Below, piece by piece: positions 13,993 to 26,348 of a stretch of DNA of 64,000 nucleotides. Within the stretch, counting starts at the first letter, position 1, and each line of letters begins with the position of its first letter. The DNA is taken from positions 43,683 to 107,682 of the forward strand of contig DF237251.1 in NCBI GenBank assembly GCA_000708835.1, given 5' to 3'. The notes beneath the pieces are model-generated. The model had not been told where the DNA came from, made no database searches, and saw only the letters and a program-made list of their open reading frames with translations. The DNA comes from Klebsormidium nitens. Lineage: Eukaryota; Plantae; Klebsormidiophyceae. The translations under genes were made by a program, and so were the position numbers.

Positions 13993-14349
13993 ATGAAAAA
14001 ATTGATCTGTTCAACTTTTCCGTCAACTTCAAGTCGTGCAGGTGCAGTTCTCGAATTTGGTACAGCAGCCACAGTCTTTCTTCCCTTGTCTGACCAGCTG
14101 CGGGGTCGAATCAGAAGATCCGACGGCAGCTCGGATTTGGCGGTGCTCGAATTTGTGGACCCGGATGGTAATGTTCTTCTCAATTCGAAGGAGGTGAAGC
14201 TGTATGGGATCGACGGGGGAGAAGTGACAATTTGCGACGGCCAGCATCTGATCAGCTGGGCTCTGGACTACAAGATCGAGGTGGAAGGTGGGCAATCGTA
14301 TTGCACCGTTCCTCCTAGGACATCGTTTGTGAAAGAGGTTCACTTGTGA
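13993..14349 (+). CDS. Probable terminal exon of an unidentified gene (beta-rich peptide)
   Basis: 118-aa ORF with protein-like composition (AVLEFVDPDGNVLLNSKEVKLYGIDGGEVTICDG). Possible upstream exons near 12570-12690 and 13550-13660. No family recognised. Confidence 0.3.
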   Translation: MKKLICSTFPSTSSRAGAVLEFGTAATVFLPLSDQLRGRIRRSDGSSDLAVLEFVDPDGNVLLNSKEVKLYGIDGGEVTICDGQHLISWALDYKIEVEGGQSYCTVPPRTSFVKEVHL

Positions 14350-14813
14350 GCGAACATGTCGGGAGGCACTGGTTTGGATCGGGTTGGGAGTGTTCAAGGG
14401 TGCGTGGCAGTGAATCTGTCATCGAAATATTGGGAACTTACGCAGCTGTGATCAAGACATGCTGCAAACTTGGTGTCCTAGCCTTCTGCATCAAGCGGTT
14501 GAGACTTGTCGATCACCATGATCCAAGTCAAACGCTTTCACCAGATTTCAGTGTCAGTTCGAAAAGCATGAGTGGTGGTTCTATACACGTCAATTTAGCA
14601 TGACAATCATGGATGCAAGGCCGTACTAGTTTGAAAGAGACGTGAGCTCTTAACTACACGTCCATCGATGATCGACCTTGCAGCTTCGCAGTCGGGCCAG
14701 CAAATATACAACCGCCGGGGCGGGGACTCAGGGCATTAGGTATTGACTAGACAGGCATCAACATTTCTACAATCAAATGCCCCGTTCATGAACCATAAGA
14801 TTAAGGCTACTTA

Positions 14814-15016
14814 GGGCGCGCGTCGACCGAAAAGCTTTCCAGATCTTTTATAGCCAATCGGATGGCTTTTCAGATCCACGTGGTAGCCTAAGGTACATTC
14901 GAACATGTGTACCATAGAAGGAATACGGCTTGGAAAGTACCGTACCTCCTACTTGTCGGTACTACAAAGGCAACACTGGAAGCAAGTAGGTTTTTGCGGA
15001 CGGTCGACGCGCAACC
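14814..15016. mobile_element. Tourist/PIF-Harbinger-like MITE, 203 bp
   Basis: 16-bp imperfect TIR GGGCGCGCGTCGACCG (14814-14829) / CGGTCGACGCGCAACC (15001-15016), with TTA on both flanks (14811-14813, 15017-15019). Confidence 0.6.
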
Positions 15017-15630
15017 TTAAGTAGAATAAGCGTATTAGTAAGTAACGGGGGTACGACGTTGTTATCACCATGGCTCTTTCCTTAGCCCCCGTCCTAGCTC
15101 ATGCAGCGCGAAACTCTCTAGGGCATGAAAAGACCGCCCTCCTGCGCACCGTAGCCGAGTAGCGGCACACATCTCTGAATGGTGTACCGCGCTGACGGTG
15201 CCTATTCTCTGGTACCAATAATTGCCCTCCCATGCTGCGCGCCGCCCCTAGAAGTCGGCGTATGTGCATAGCAGATTGTCGCCAAACGGCATCAATGATC
15301 AAGGGATCCTCTTGCATGATACCTCGTGAAATACTGAAGTGCCAGCACTCGACTCAACAAGCTCCATAATAGCCGGCCAATGCCGCGGCGATGCATGTAG
15401 AAGTGGCCCCAACAGTCTCAGCCAGGACGTGAAACCATGTTACAAAAGCGTAGCGGCTTCGCTGAATCAACGAAAATCCAACGGTGTCTCTGACATGAGG
15501 CAGGGCAGACTCCTTCATGTCCCCCCGTCCGAGACGCACTGTGGCCCACTTCGTATCCTACTGCCCAATGCCCCGTGGCGGGCAGTCTGCCTATTGTACA
15601 GGGGCTCAATCCCCGCCCTACTCACTAACC

Positions 15631-18600
15631 CTAGTCGTCTCCACCGAACCTTCTGCTGTTCGCCACTGACTGCAGCCGTTCTTGGGCCGCCCGTAGCAGT
15701 AGTTGCGCCCGCTCCAGGGCCTGCCTGCCCCTTGCCTCATTATCATCCTCGTCATCATCGCCGGATGAGTCGTCCTCGTCGTCGTCATCATCCTCGTCGC
15801 TGTCGTCATCCTCGTCCAGGTCATCGTCATCATCGTCGTCGTCATCATCGTTGTCGTCATCATCTTCCGCGTCACTCTCCTCGTCGGTGCTGCCCACCTC
15901 CGAGCCCACGTTCTCATCCGAGTCCTCGCTGGCATCGTCACTCTCGTCGCTCCCGCTATCGCTGCACACGAAGGCGGATAGCGTGTCACACTTGCTAGGT
16001 ACAGCAGATTCCTACGTCCTGCACGAGTTCCTTCAAGCTGACTCTAACCAGAATGAAGTTGTGAGGGGAAGACGTCGGTCAATGTTCACAGCCAGGTATG
16101 AAGCAGAGCCACACAGGACGCGGGCCCCTCTTTGAGGTTCATCCGCCACCAAGCAATTTTGCACAAAGCTCCGGGTTGGTCAACCCAAACCGGCCTCCAA
16201 TTGAGCCTTACCACAAAGACCTTACTAGCCAAGCTGCGCCACCAGATTCTGGCTTCTTAGGACGACGAATACTAGTCAAATACGAAATGTTATGCTCAAC
16301 GCAAATGCGCCGCAGACGTCACAGCGTCAATAACAACTCAATGCGCAACGGCTGACAAATGCACGGGTTCGTGCAGCGCAACCGGAATGGCCCTGACCTG
16401 ACGTCCGGGAAGTCGGCGGTGAGCCAGCAGCCGGGCCGCTGCTGGGGGAGGCGCGCCACCGCATCCGCGACGCGGCCGCTCTTGTGACGGGCGAACCACT
16501 CCCCCGAGGCCAACCCGTCTGCACGCATTGACAGACCATCAGCAGACCGTCACGCGGCAAGAACTGAGTAATCGACCTAGGTTATCACAAAGAAGAGACG
16601 GAGGCGTCTGGAGCTACGAGAGCTAAGCAAGTCCAATTGCGGATTGAAGAGCGGGCGGAATCCCGAGTGTCGCCAAGTCCCGCAAATCATGGGGCGAGCG
16701 AGAGGGCCGGCGGCGGCTCACTTTTACTGGAGACATCGAGCGAGCGCAGCGACTTGCACTCGTCCGACAGCAGGGCCTGCAGGAACGCCTCCACGCAGTC
16801 CTGCACGCACACAAATTGTGAGCCGAAGCAACACAGATCCAGGCCAACGACTAACCTCAGATTGACCACGAAATGACTTTTGCAATGTCATCCCTTGTTT
16901 CGAAACCGTTCCCACGCTCAGTACTCGCATTTCTTGCGGGTAGATTCCATGAAAGCTTCCAGACACAGCGGAAGCCGGCCCGACTGCCAAATCGCCAGCT
17001 AGCGTTCATAAAGAAAGGACGTGGTCATTTGTACTCCAGAAGCATCGATCCCTTTACCCTGATCTTCTCCAGGGCCCTTTCCTCGTCAAGTTTCGGTCAT
17101 GCTTTCCAAGAAGGGCCCGCCAAAGTATGGAAAGCATGGAAAAGGCAAGCCTGGGAAGAGAAGTCCTGACAACGAAGTGCCGAATCAGCATGCAAGGCAG
17201 GGCCTCAACAAGGGTAGCGTGACTCGTCACCTCTCTCAGCCGCATGCAGTCGCGCAGCAGGAGATGCTCGAGGCGGCAGTCACGCAGCGCGGCCAGGTCC
17301 CTACAACAGTCAGCAGGCAGTACGTAAGCAGCGGAACGCATTCTAAGCAGACAAAGCGGCTTGAGATACACACAACATGTCGCAAGTCGAGTCTCATTAC
17401 ACAGACGGGGCCAGTGCGCACACGAAGAGCTTTCGCACAAGAGAAGGCTGGCGGGGAGAGCTTGCGAGGGCGGAGCGGCGTACTTGAGGAACGAGCCGTT
17501 GAGGTACTGCGCGCCGCACAGGTCCACGTACTGCAGGGGCAGCTTCTGCGGGCGGGCAGGGAAGGGGGCGTGAGCACACGCGACTGAACAAGCGAGGCTC
17601 GGACGCCAAACCAGGAACCGAGTCGTTGTGCGGCAATGAACTAAGAAGTGGGAAAGGTTTGAGCGCCGGGAGCATTGAGAGTCCTCATCGTCCTTGACCC
17701 TCCAGCGTCGGTACGACTGAACGTAGAATGCCTGGTACAATTCCAGGTAGTGACTGTATAGAATGTTACAGGGGGAGTGCGAGGTGGTACCTTGAGGAAG
17801 ATGGCGACCTTCCTGTCCTGCACGATGCAGCTGCGCAGCGTGAGGGACGCCAGACTGGGGCAGCGCGCAGCCACACGCTCGCACAGCGTGCTGCGCAGCG
17901 TCGATCGGCGGGCTGCGAGAAGGAGACGACGCAATGTTCACCGAGAGATACTTACGCAGATTCTCATCAAGTTTTGTACGGAGTGCTGATGGAAAGCTGT
18001 ACATATGAGGTATGGACTCGTGAGCGACATTCGGCCCTGGACGTCACTTCTAGTCCGGCCTTTCTTTGTCAAAGCAAACGGCAGAATAACGTCTTATTGA
18101 TGTCTCCGTACGTCATTTAAGCACACGACAGGTCTTCGGAGGACGGCCATTCGAAGATCGTTGGTCTTCTATTGTGGCCCTTCGAAACAGGAAGCTGAAA
18201 CTGGCAGCGACCGACAGCGAGCAGTTGTGTCGGCAGCGTGTGGCCCGCAGGGCGGCTGACCTGGGTCCTGGTCCCAGACGTCGAAGAGGCTGGTGCGCTT
18301 GCGCGGCTGGCAGCAGAAGCGGACGAGCAAGGGGCAGTGCTCCGCCACCGCCTCCAGCATGCACGCGGGGGCCACCTGGCTGCACCATAGCGATCCTGTC
18401 GTTCGTGAGAAGCCTTGCAATGTGCGACTGATAGGATTCTTACACTTGAAAGCTTACGTTTGGGAATTCGGCCCGAGACGCATCAGCCAGACCTCAGGCT
18501 GACCTCAGGCTGTAAGGAATCTCGACCAGGTTGCACGGAACCTGAGGCCCTCGCGTCGGGCACGTTGCGACCCGACCCGACATTTGCCCGAGACCCCGAC

Positions 18601-21600
18601 CGCATTCGGCACCTCCGGCAGCTGCTAAGATTGGGCAGCCTGATTGATAGGGCATTTGCCGGAGCCTGATCGGGCTCGGGCCGAATCGGGCGGACCCTGT
18701 TCACGCTCCTAGGGTCTATACACACAGAGCGGGTGAACTTTTGGTGAATTCGCCGAGAACCGAAGGTGCTGTTTTGCGAAAGTTTACTTTGACACTCCGG
18801 GGGGTAGCTTCCGCAAGTAAAGGTAGTCCCACGCGACGGTCCAAAAAAATTACCATCGTCACCAGGCTTTTCTTGGGGTAGCAATTCGGAACACCGCGGT
18901 GAAAAAACTGACGTCAGGCCGTACTTGCCGGCGAATTGAAAAGTTCACCTGAGTTCACCCGCGGTGTTTTCTTGGCGACAAGAGCACCGCAACCCCTGCA
19001 GTACCGTCGCTCAAAACCAAGTTCACCCGCTCTGTGTGTAAAGACCCCTAGTGTAACAACCCGATGAATTTCACGGAGATCTTGTCAGCAATTCGGGTTC
19101 CTCCTGCTAAGAGGCCTTGAACTGGGCAGGGCGAACGAGGAACGATCCAACGAAAGTATAACAAGCTGGAGTATGACAACGACTGAACCTCAAACTTGCG
19201 CGACCATTAGCATCCACGCCCAAGGCATAAACCAAGCCATCGGAGGCGCACATGGGCTTGTCTGTGAACACGTGTGCCCTTCCACAGAGGCCGAGCCTGA
19301 ATAGAAGAAGGTCGTTTTGAAACCGAGCGGTGTGCGAATGTTGCTCACAGGCCAATGACCTCGAGGTCGTGCAGGCGGGGGCACGACGCGAGCGCGGCCG
19401 TAACGGCACGCCCGTCAAGTTCCACTACGTTGTACAGGTGCAGGGCGTGCAGGTTGGCACTGCACCGCAAGCGCAGGGATAAAGTGTCAAACTCGACACA
19501 ACTGCAGCGCAACACATGACGGTGGAGCCGGCAAGGGGGATCAGACCAAATGCGCAAGTGGGGAGAATGATCCTGGGCTTGCTGTCCACTTCTGACAAAG
19601 AACTTCAACAAACGGCAGCTTAATGCAAAGGCACGTGAGTTGTTCGAGTAGACAGATGCACCCGTGTGCTCACCCCGCTGCACTCTGCGCTGGGCTGAGC
19701 ACGTGCAAGGAGTGCCTGCCGAGCGGGCAGAGGCGGCCCTTCTCCTTGCCCTGCATCAGCCGCGACAGCGGCAGAGTCTTGTCGGTGTACTCGGGCACCC
19801 ACGCCGGCCGCACGAGGGGGCTGCTGCTGCCGGGACTGGCGGAGGTGGCTAGCGAAGAGCGTCGGCGGGCTGTGCGGGACGAGGGGGAGTGCGCGGCAGG
19901 CAAGGGGGGCTTGGGAAGGACCCCCAGCTTGAGAACCCTGCGCACACGAAACACACAGGAGATGAACATCATTGATGAGCACGGAGATCGATTTCAAGAC
20001 AAAACCGGTTAGTGCGAGGTTTCTGCCTGATTCCTTTGTCCAATTCAAATAAGGCCCTGGGAGAAGTGGTACAACCACGGAGGCGCTGGCAAGTTGCCCT
20101 CATAGGGTTGTTACACTAAGGAAATCGCGATTGGAAAACGGCCCGAGACCCATCAGCCAGACCTCCGGCTGACCTCAGCCTGTAAGAAATTTTGATCGGG
20201 TTGCCCACAACTCGATGCCCCTCGGGTCGGGCACATTACGACTCGACCCGATATTTGCCCGCGCCCCCGACCAAAAACGGGGCCTCCGGCAGCTGCCAAA
20301 TTCGGGCAATGTAAGCAACAGGGCATTTGCCCAAGCCTGATCGGGCTCGGGTCGTCTCGATCGGACCCTGTTCACGCTCGAGTGTAACAAACCTTTCAAA
20401 GTCCTGGTTGACAATACGACAGCTGTTGCAGGACTTCTTTTTGAAAGAGTCGCTCAGGGCAATCACGATCTGTTTCTAAAAGGAAAGCTTACCGCAGGAA
20501 GTGGCCGGCCCTGCGCACAAGTTTGATGACGGTGGCTGATGTCACGTGCAGCCCGCGGGGGACCAGGTCCAACACCTGGAGGAAGGGAGTCGAGGAATCA
20601 CCTACTGTTCCGCCAAGTGAAACTTCCACCATTTCTTGCGAAAAGGGTTTTCAGACAATCTGAGGTTCCACCTTTGGCGACCCGGAAAAAAAAGCTCATT
20701 TTCACACTGATTGGAATTTAACATTCAGCAGTGTGGCGCTCTTTCCATGCAATTTAAGTACCCATTTGATTTCCACATTTCACATCGACCCCAGAATGTT
20801 TATCTTTGGAGTGAGATACCTTGGCAGTGCGGCAAAATCGACCAGAAAGGACGGAAGGAGAAGCTGGGCAGTTGCGAACAACTTTCCAGCCTGATTAGAT
20901 GATACTTTGGCGGGCCCTACAACTGCTGCAACCTTAATTGATGAGAAATACCTTTCAGCTTGATAGACATGGCAACAGACCTTGGTTGACAAACACCCTG
21001 ATTTGCACCATCTTCTCATGCATGTTCAAGTCTTCAATCACTAATACATGGGCTACGATGACCTCATGGTTGGTGCAAGGTGGAGTTGAGTGGGTTTGGC
21101 TACCTCATAGCAGGCGGGGTCTGCTGCTGTCCTGGCGAAGAAGGTGCAGACAGCCGCAGCATGGGCACGGTCGTGGGCACTCATGTGGGAGAAGATCTTG
21201 ACACTCAGGTCCTGCAACAGAGGCAGCCCAGGGAAGAGTTCGTGGGCGTCATTCCTTTGCCATATGGAATCTGAATCTATTTCCAATTCATTTATTTCTG
21301 GATTCACTGGGCAGTCAGGCTTGAGCAATTGGCAACATGAAGGTACAATTGATGGAAATATGGGGCACGCCACCCATACATGGCCCAATTAGGGCACATG
21401 TACAAAAGTACTAAAACTAAGTTCGTTCTGGGAACACATCAATCTTTATGAGGCTGTTGTCTACACCGGCACACTCAGCACTTGGGTGGAGTGTGGCCCC
21501 CGTCACTCATCGCAATTGTGAGGCCCCTTTGCAAGCCCATGCCGAAGGGGCAGAGAACCTGAATTTCAGTTGTCCCCTTGTTTCCTCTCTCAAGTTGGCC

Positions 21601-21894
21601 TCGCACCTGCGTAAAAGGCCACACCCCAGCATTGAGATCCGCTGCGTGCTGGCGCGCCAATGTGTTGCCAAAGTCCTGCAGCTGCGCCCCCAGTGCCAGC
21701 AGCCCCCGGTACAGCGCCTCATTGCCCCCACCCGCCTTTGCTTCCATAGCTCGCAGCGCCGCTTCCACCGTCCCAGAGTTCTCCCCCTGCAGCAGGTGCG
21801 TCAGGCTGCTCTCCACCTGCCCTTCCGCTTCAGCGTGGGAGGCCCTGCTGCGCTGTCGCTTGCGGTCCCGGGTTTCTTTAAGCAAGGCATCCAT
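15631..21894 (-). CDS. F-box/LRR protein with poly-acidic C-terminal tail, multi-exon
   Basis: F-box-like LPLLQDLSVKIFSHMSAHDRAHAAAVCTFFARTAADPACY (~21110-21230). LRR exons include ALASCPRLHDLEV, VAEHCPLL, VAARCPSLASLTLRSC, LEHLLLRDCMRL and CKSLRSLDVS. Joining the acidic exon 15631-15969 to this gene is inferred. Confidence 0.75.
15738..15865 (-). repeat. GAY/GAR trinucleotide-like repeat encoding a poly-Asp/Glu tract
   Basis: Runs of tcatcg/tcgtcg on the + strand; the minus frame reads EDDDDNDDDDDDDDDDLDEDDDSDEDDDDDEDD. Confidence 0.85.
18434..19062. mobile_element. MITE family A, copy 1 (interrupted by a nested MITE), in an F-box gene intron
   Basis: Clearly homologous to 20105-20393 over ~250 bp. 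Degenerate left TIR GGATTCTTACACT, right TIR AGTGTAACAACCC. Confidence 0.7.
18712..19047. mobile_element. MITE family B (336 bp) nested inside MITE A copy 1
   Basis: 27-bp TIR GGGTCTATACACACAGAGCGGGTGAAC / GTTCACCCGCTCTGTGTGTAAAGACCC (1 mismatch), CTA duplicated on both sides (18709-18711, 19048-19050). Confidence 0.85.
20105..20393. mobile_element. MITE family A, copy 2 (uninterrupted), in an F-box gene intron
   Basis: 13-bp TIR GGGTTGTTACACT / AGTGTAACAAACC; internal sequence homologous to 18434-18711 plus 19051-19062. TSD not clear. Confidence 0.7.
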
Positions 21895-22456
21895 CGTGAG
21901 GCGCCAATTGCGCACAAGTATCCGCTTAGATCAAACGTCTTTCTTCAGAACCAGCCCTACCCTTCAAAGTGTTGGCTCTCCTGTCTTTCGTCTATGTGTG
22001 GGGCCCATGCCTTGGCAGCCCGTCTGCCAACGGAGTCTCCCAGCATCTACCTTGTGAAAGTTGTGGTGGGGTAGCAAGCGGCACAACTGTGACAACAGAA
22101 AGTCGTGGGGTTGATAATCGTGGTGGCTGTGCTGCTGCAGCCTGCACATGGCCATGAACATTTGAATTTGAAAGCTCTGCGGATTGCAATTGTGTTAATA
22201 CGTTAACCAAACAACAAAACCCATCGGCTTCTTCGAGTCTTAGGTATGGTACGATGTCTGCCTACAAACCAAGACGGTTAAACACTGACAGCGATGGCCC
22301 ACACCAGGTCACAACGGGTGGATCCTGAGCAGCGAAGTCTCGGAAGCTGTTGAGGAACCCGTTGAAGTTCTCCAGGCGCATTGTGGTGGAGGCAGCAGTT
22401 GGTCGTGGCGCTCGTGCTGTCGGCAGGTTGTGTGCAGACGTGGGTCGGAGGCAGTC

Positions 22457-24899
22457 ATGGCCGGCACCGCCGCCCCCGCCGCTGCTCCGGAGGAAGCCGG
22501 GTTCTCGACTAAGGGCAGTAATGACAGCACCAGCCCGGTGGTGGCCCTGATGAACAAGCGGCTGCGCAACTTGCGGAAGAAGCTGGTGCGCATTCAGGGG
22601 GTTGAGGCGTCACAGGCGGAGGGCAAGAGCCTGAACAAGGACCAGCAGGAGCTGCTGGCCAGCAAGGCAGCTGTGGAGGTGCTGATTGACGAATACGAGA
22701 AGTTGCAGAAGCCGCTCACGGACGCACTCAAGGAGGAGGTTGGTGCACGGGCCAAGGAGGTTTCTGAAGCGCAAGCGGCAGCAAAGGCAGCGGAAGAGAA
22801 GCTAGCGGACGAGAGGGAGAAGGCCGAGAGCGCAGAGGCAGCCAAGGCGGCGGAGAACGAGGTGGAGGAGATTCTGAAGCTGCTCTACTTTGCGCAGCTG
22901 TTTGACGTTCGCAGCCAGCAGGAGTCGAGCATGCTGACGTTCATGCGCGTGCGCGAGCGGCAGGCGTGCCTGAGCTACGACTACAATGAGAGCAGCCTGG
23001 ATGAGGAGGACCTGGACGCCATCGCGCAGCTGGGCAAGCTGCTCACCTCGCGCACGCAGAATGTGTCGCACCAGGCGGCGCTGCGCATGTGCATCGACAC
23101 CGCGGTCAGCTGGCTCGCCGGCCAGAGTGAGCCCATCGGGGCAGACTCCATCACGTGTGAGCACTCCCTCGTTGGTGCTTTCCAGCTGGTTCACATCAGT
23201 CGACACCTGTAGTTGGTTGACAATTGAGGAAATTCGAGACCCCTCATGGTAATGGTCTGTTTGAATCGTGGGAGATAGTTGATAATGGTTCGGTTGCATA
23301 CTCAGCAAGGTCTGCTGATGAATTGTGGCAATTGAGGCCAGCACTTCAATGCAAGATCTGATACATGAAGTCTCATTGCTCTGCATTATCCAGCTTGTTT
23401 GCCATTGCATAATTCTGCGCTGATTGCTTTGCCTCTCCCCTGCACTGCAGATGCGGACTTGAAGGAGCGCTTGGGGCGCATCCTGCAGTCGGACTACTTC
23501 ACCACTCCCCCGGAGCTGCAGACGCTCAATTCCAGCGCTGAGGTCGGCGCAGAGGCCACCGAGGCGCAGCCCCCGCAGGAAGTCAGCTCAGGAGAGTCAC
23601 AGCAGGTGCGCATTCTCACCCGCCTGGTCGGCGGGGTACGGCGATGGCAGGGGCGAATGATTGCATGGCTGGGATTCTTGTAGATTGTCGCGAGCGGAGG
23701 CCTGAGAATGTGGGTGCAGCGAATTGCAAAAGAGATGCACCAAAAGCACATGGGAGTGGTGTTAGCAAGAGCTGCCACATGGTGAGATTGCGTTGGACAT
23801 ACTCTCCAATTATGGTACACAGATGTTGATTCCGGGGCGCTTGACACTTCAAGGTTTACAGCAGCTAGCAGTTCTGCCTCAGTGCAAGCGGGACACAGTG
23901 GACAGCTCCAATGCGCAGATTTGCTGTTGCAGGATTGCTCGGCCCATGCTGGACATGGGTCTCTCGGAAGATTTCAGAGCTCACTAAGAGTTTGTCTTTG
24001 CTGAAAGACTGGAAGAGTCGGCTGGCCTGCTGCTTACACGCGGGTAGTCCTAAAGAGCAGGAGGAAGAGAAGAAGTACCGCACTCGAAGACCGCAAGGAT
24101 GGGTGGTGCCAGACGGATGATTATCTTGCCCCCACCTTCATGCTGCCTGCTTCTAGTGTCAGCACCCTTTCCCCTGATTCCTTCGCCTTGACTGTGTTTG
24201 GTGTAGGAGTCCGCCCCCCCCGCACATTTCTTTCCCCCCGAGCAGCCGGAGCCGACCGGTTTCCCGGAGGCCCCTCAGGAGGTGGCTCATGACGCCGACA
24301 CCGGCAACGCAGCGCCCGAGTTTGCCCCCCCGGAGCAGCAGCACCAGCAGCAGGTCAGGCACCTCTCTGGCCCTCGTCGTCAGCATGTGGGCTTACAGGG
24401 CTTTGCTCCTTTATCCCCCCAAAAACCAGACGGAGCATTTCCTACAGAAGTACTTTGTGTAGTTAAGGGCTTCGCGCAACCCCCCAGCAAGCAGGGGAGG
24501 CTGTGCTGCTTCAATGTATGATGAGGGCTTCGGAGCTCGGCGGTTTTATCGTCGTTTTTTCTTTGACGACTCCTCTGAATCCGTATGCTCCCCTCTGTAC
24601 TTACCCAGGTGTTTGCGGAGCAGAGCGCTCCAGCTCCCGGAGGTGGCCCTGTCCGCGGCGGGTACCAGCCTCGGGGTGGCGGTCGCGGGTACTACGGCAA
24701 CCGCAACGGAGGAGGAGGGGACCGAGGCGGGCGGCGCGGCGGTCGGGGCGGACCTCGAGGTGGGGGCGGGCAGGGCTTCTACGACAATTCGTACGGGAAC
24801 GGGCCGCAGAGCAACCGGGGCGGGCGCGGGGGACGGGGTGGGCGAGGGCCGCCACCGAACAGGGGTGCAGCGCCAGCGTCAGCGCCCCCCTTGAACTAG
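22457..24899 (+). CDS. At1g27090-like / caprin-like RGG-box RNA-binding protein, 4 exons (22457-23156, 23451-23605, 24207-24353, 24609-24899)
   Basis: PVVALMNKRLRNLRKKLVRI..GKSLNKDQQELLASK; LLYFAQLFDV..ERQACLSYDY; LKERLGRILQSDYFTTPPE; C-terminal RGG repeats. All splice sites are GT-AG and in phase. Confidence 0.9.
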
Positions 24900-26348
24900 G
24901 ACAGGGCAGCATTTTGCAAGCCGGGGGGAAGCACTGTAGCGTTTTGTCTTGGGACTAGCTTAGCAGAGCAGATAAGATAGCAGCAGGAGCGGTTGACTGG
25001 AATGAGCGTGACAGCTTCGCAACCAAGCAAGTTTGGACAAGGGAGCTCTCGTGAGGTGGGTTGTGAAGGCGCTTGCACAATTGCCGGAACGGCGTTTCAC
25101 TCATTTCATTTTGGTCACATTTCCCGATGTCTGTTATGTCCACCATGCATACTATCGGTGCAGGTGTTGCGTGGGACCAGTTCCTTAATACTACTGCCTG
25201 TAAGCAAAGCTTTCATGGCGCGTTATCACATCCAGGGTGCGTGCCATGCCCGCGCTATCATGCCAAACTTGATATAGCTCCCTCGTGCCGTTGAACAACT
25301 GGTCTTAAGAAAGTTGTTCAACGGCTTGACGTATAGAAAGCTGTAACGTCACTGTTTGTGCATGTCCGGGTCAGTGAACGCGCTGGTAGCGAGCTCCATC
25401 AGATCGTTCAGACGCGAAAGGTTTATTGAATTTGGTATGCATGAGCTGATTGATCTCATCAAGACTCTGCATGAAAGGTCCGTCAGAGCGTATCTAGCTG
25501 ATCGGTTCCTGACGTGGTCTCACAACCCAGTTCTTGATAGCCAATCTGGGAAACGCACATCATGCAAAAAGCTGCATGATCGGACAGTGGTAATCTGTAT
25601 ACGGCAGAAACCGAAATCGATGTCTCTCATGAGAGAGACAATTCAAATTCATGGCGCCCAGTGTGCAACTCAGGATTACCGTCAAACACCGCACTATTGC
25701 ACCATCATGCGCCGCCGCGAAGACCCACGTTTGGCGCGTGGCCTTCGATTCATAAGCCTGCGTCTGCAGTACAAACAAATGCATTAAAATAAGCTAGCAT
25801 GCTGGAGTGACCATGCGCAAATCGCGGCGGAGTTCGGGCTAGATGGTGCATGTGCAGTATATATATACTGAGACAGTCCAGGAGCATTGGGTACCGCATG
25901 AGTTCTTGATTCTGCACTTGGGTCAGCTGCATGACGGTATAGGTTTTACAGCTTTACTTTTGAGCATGTGCACAGAACGACGAAACAAGTCTTGGATGCA
26001 CATCAAACAGACCAACCACAAGTTTAGCATTGCCAGGCTTCAGCCACTGCTTGTCGAGCTATGTCAGTAAGCCATCTTCAGCAAGGTACCAGTGTGCAGG
26101 CCCACGGTGTCTGTTCGGGTGGCATGCTCTACAAACCTGTCCTAACGTGGGCTACTGGCAGTGGCTGTATACAGGTTCTAAACTGTGGAAACTTGAGTTT
26201 GTCTCCCCAACCATGGCATGGGCCTCAGTATATGGTGAGTGGCAGCAACGTGTCACTGCAATTGCTGCTCGCCCTTTCTGACACACCTCCCCCCCATTTC
26301 CTCCTCCATATAGGCTCCTTTTTGTATCCGTCTACCTGGTGCTGTCCG

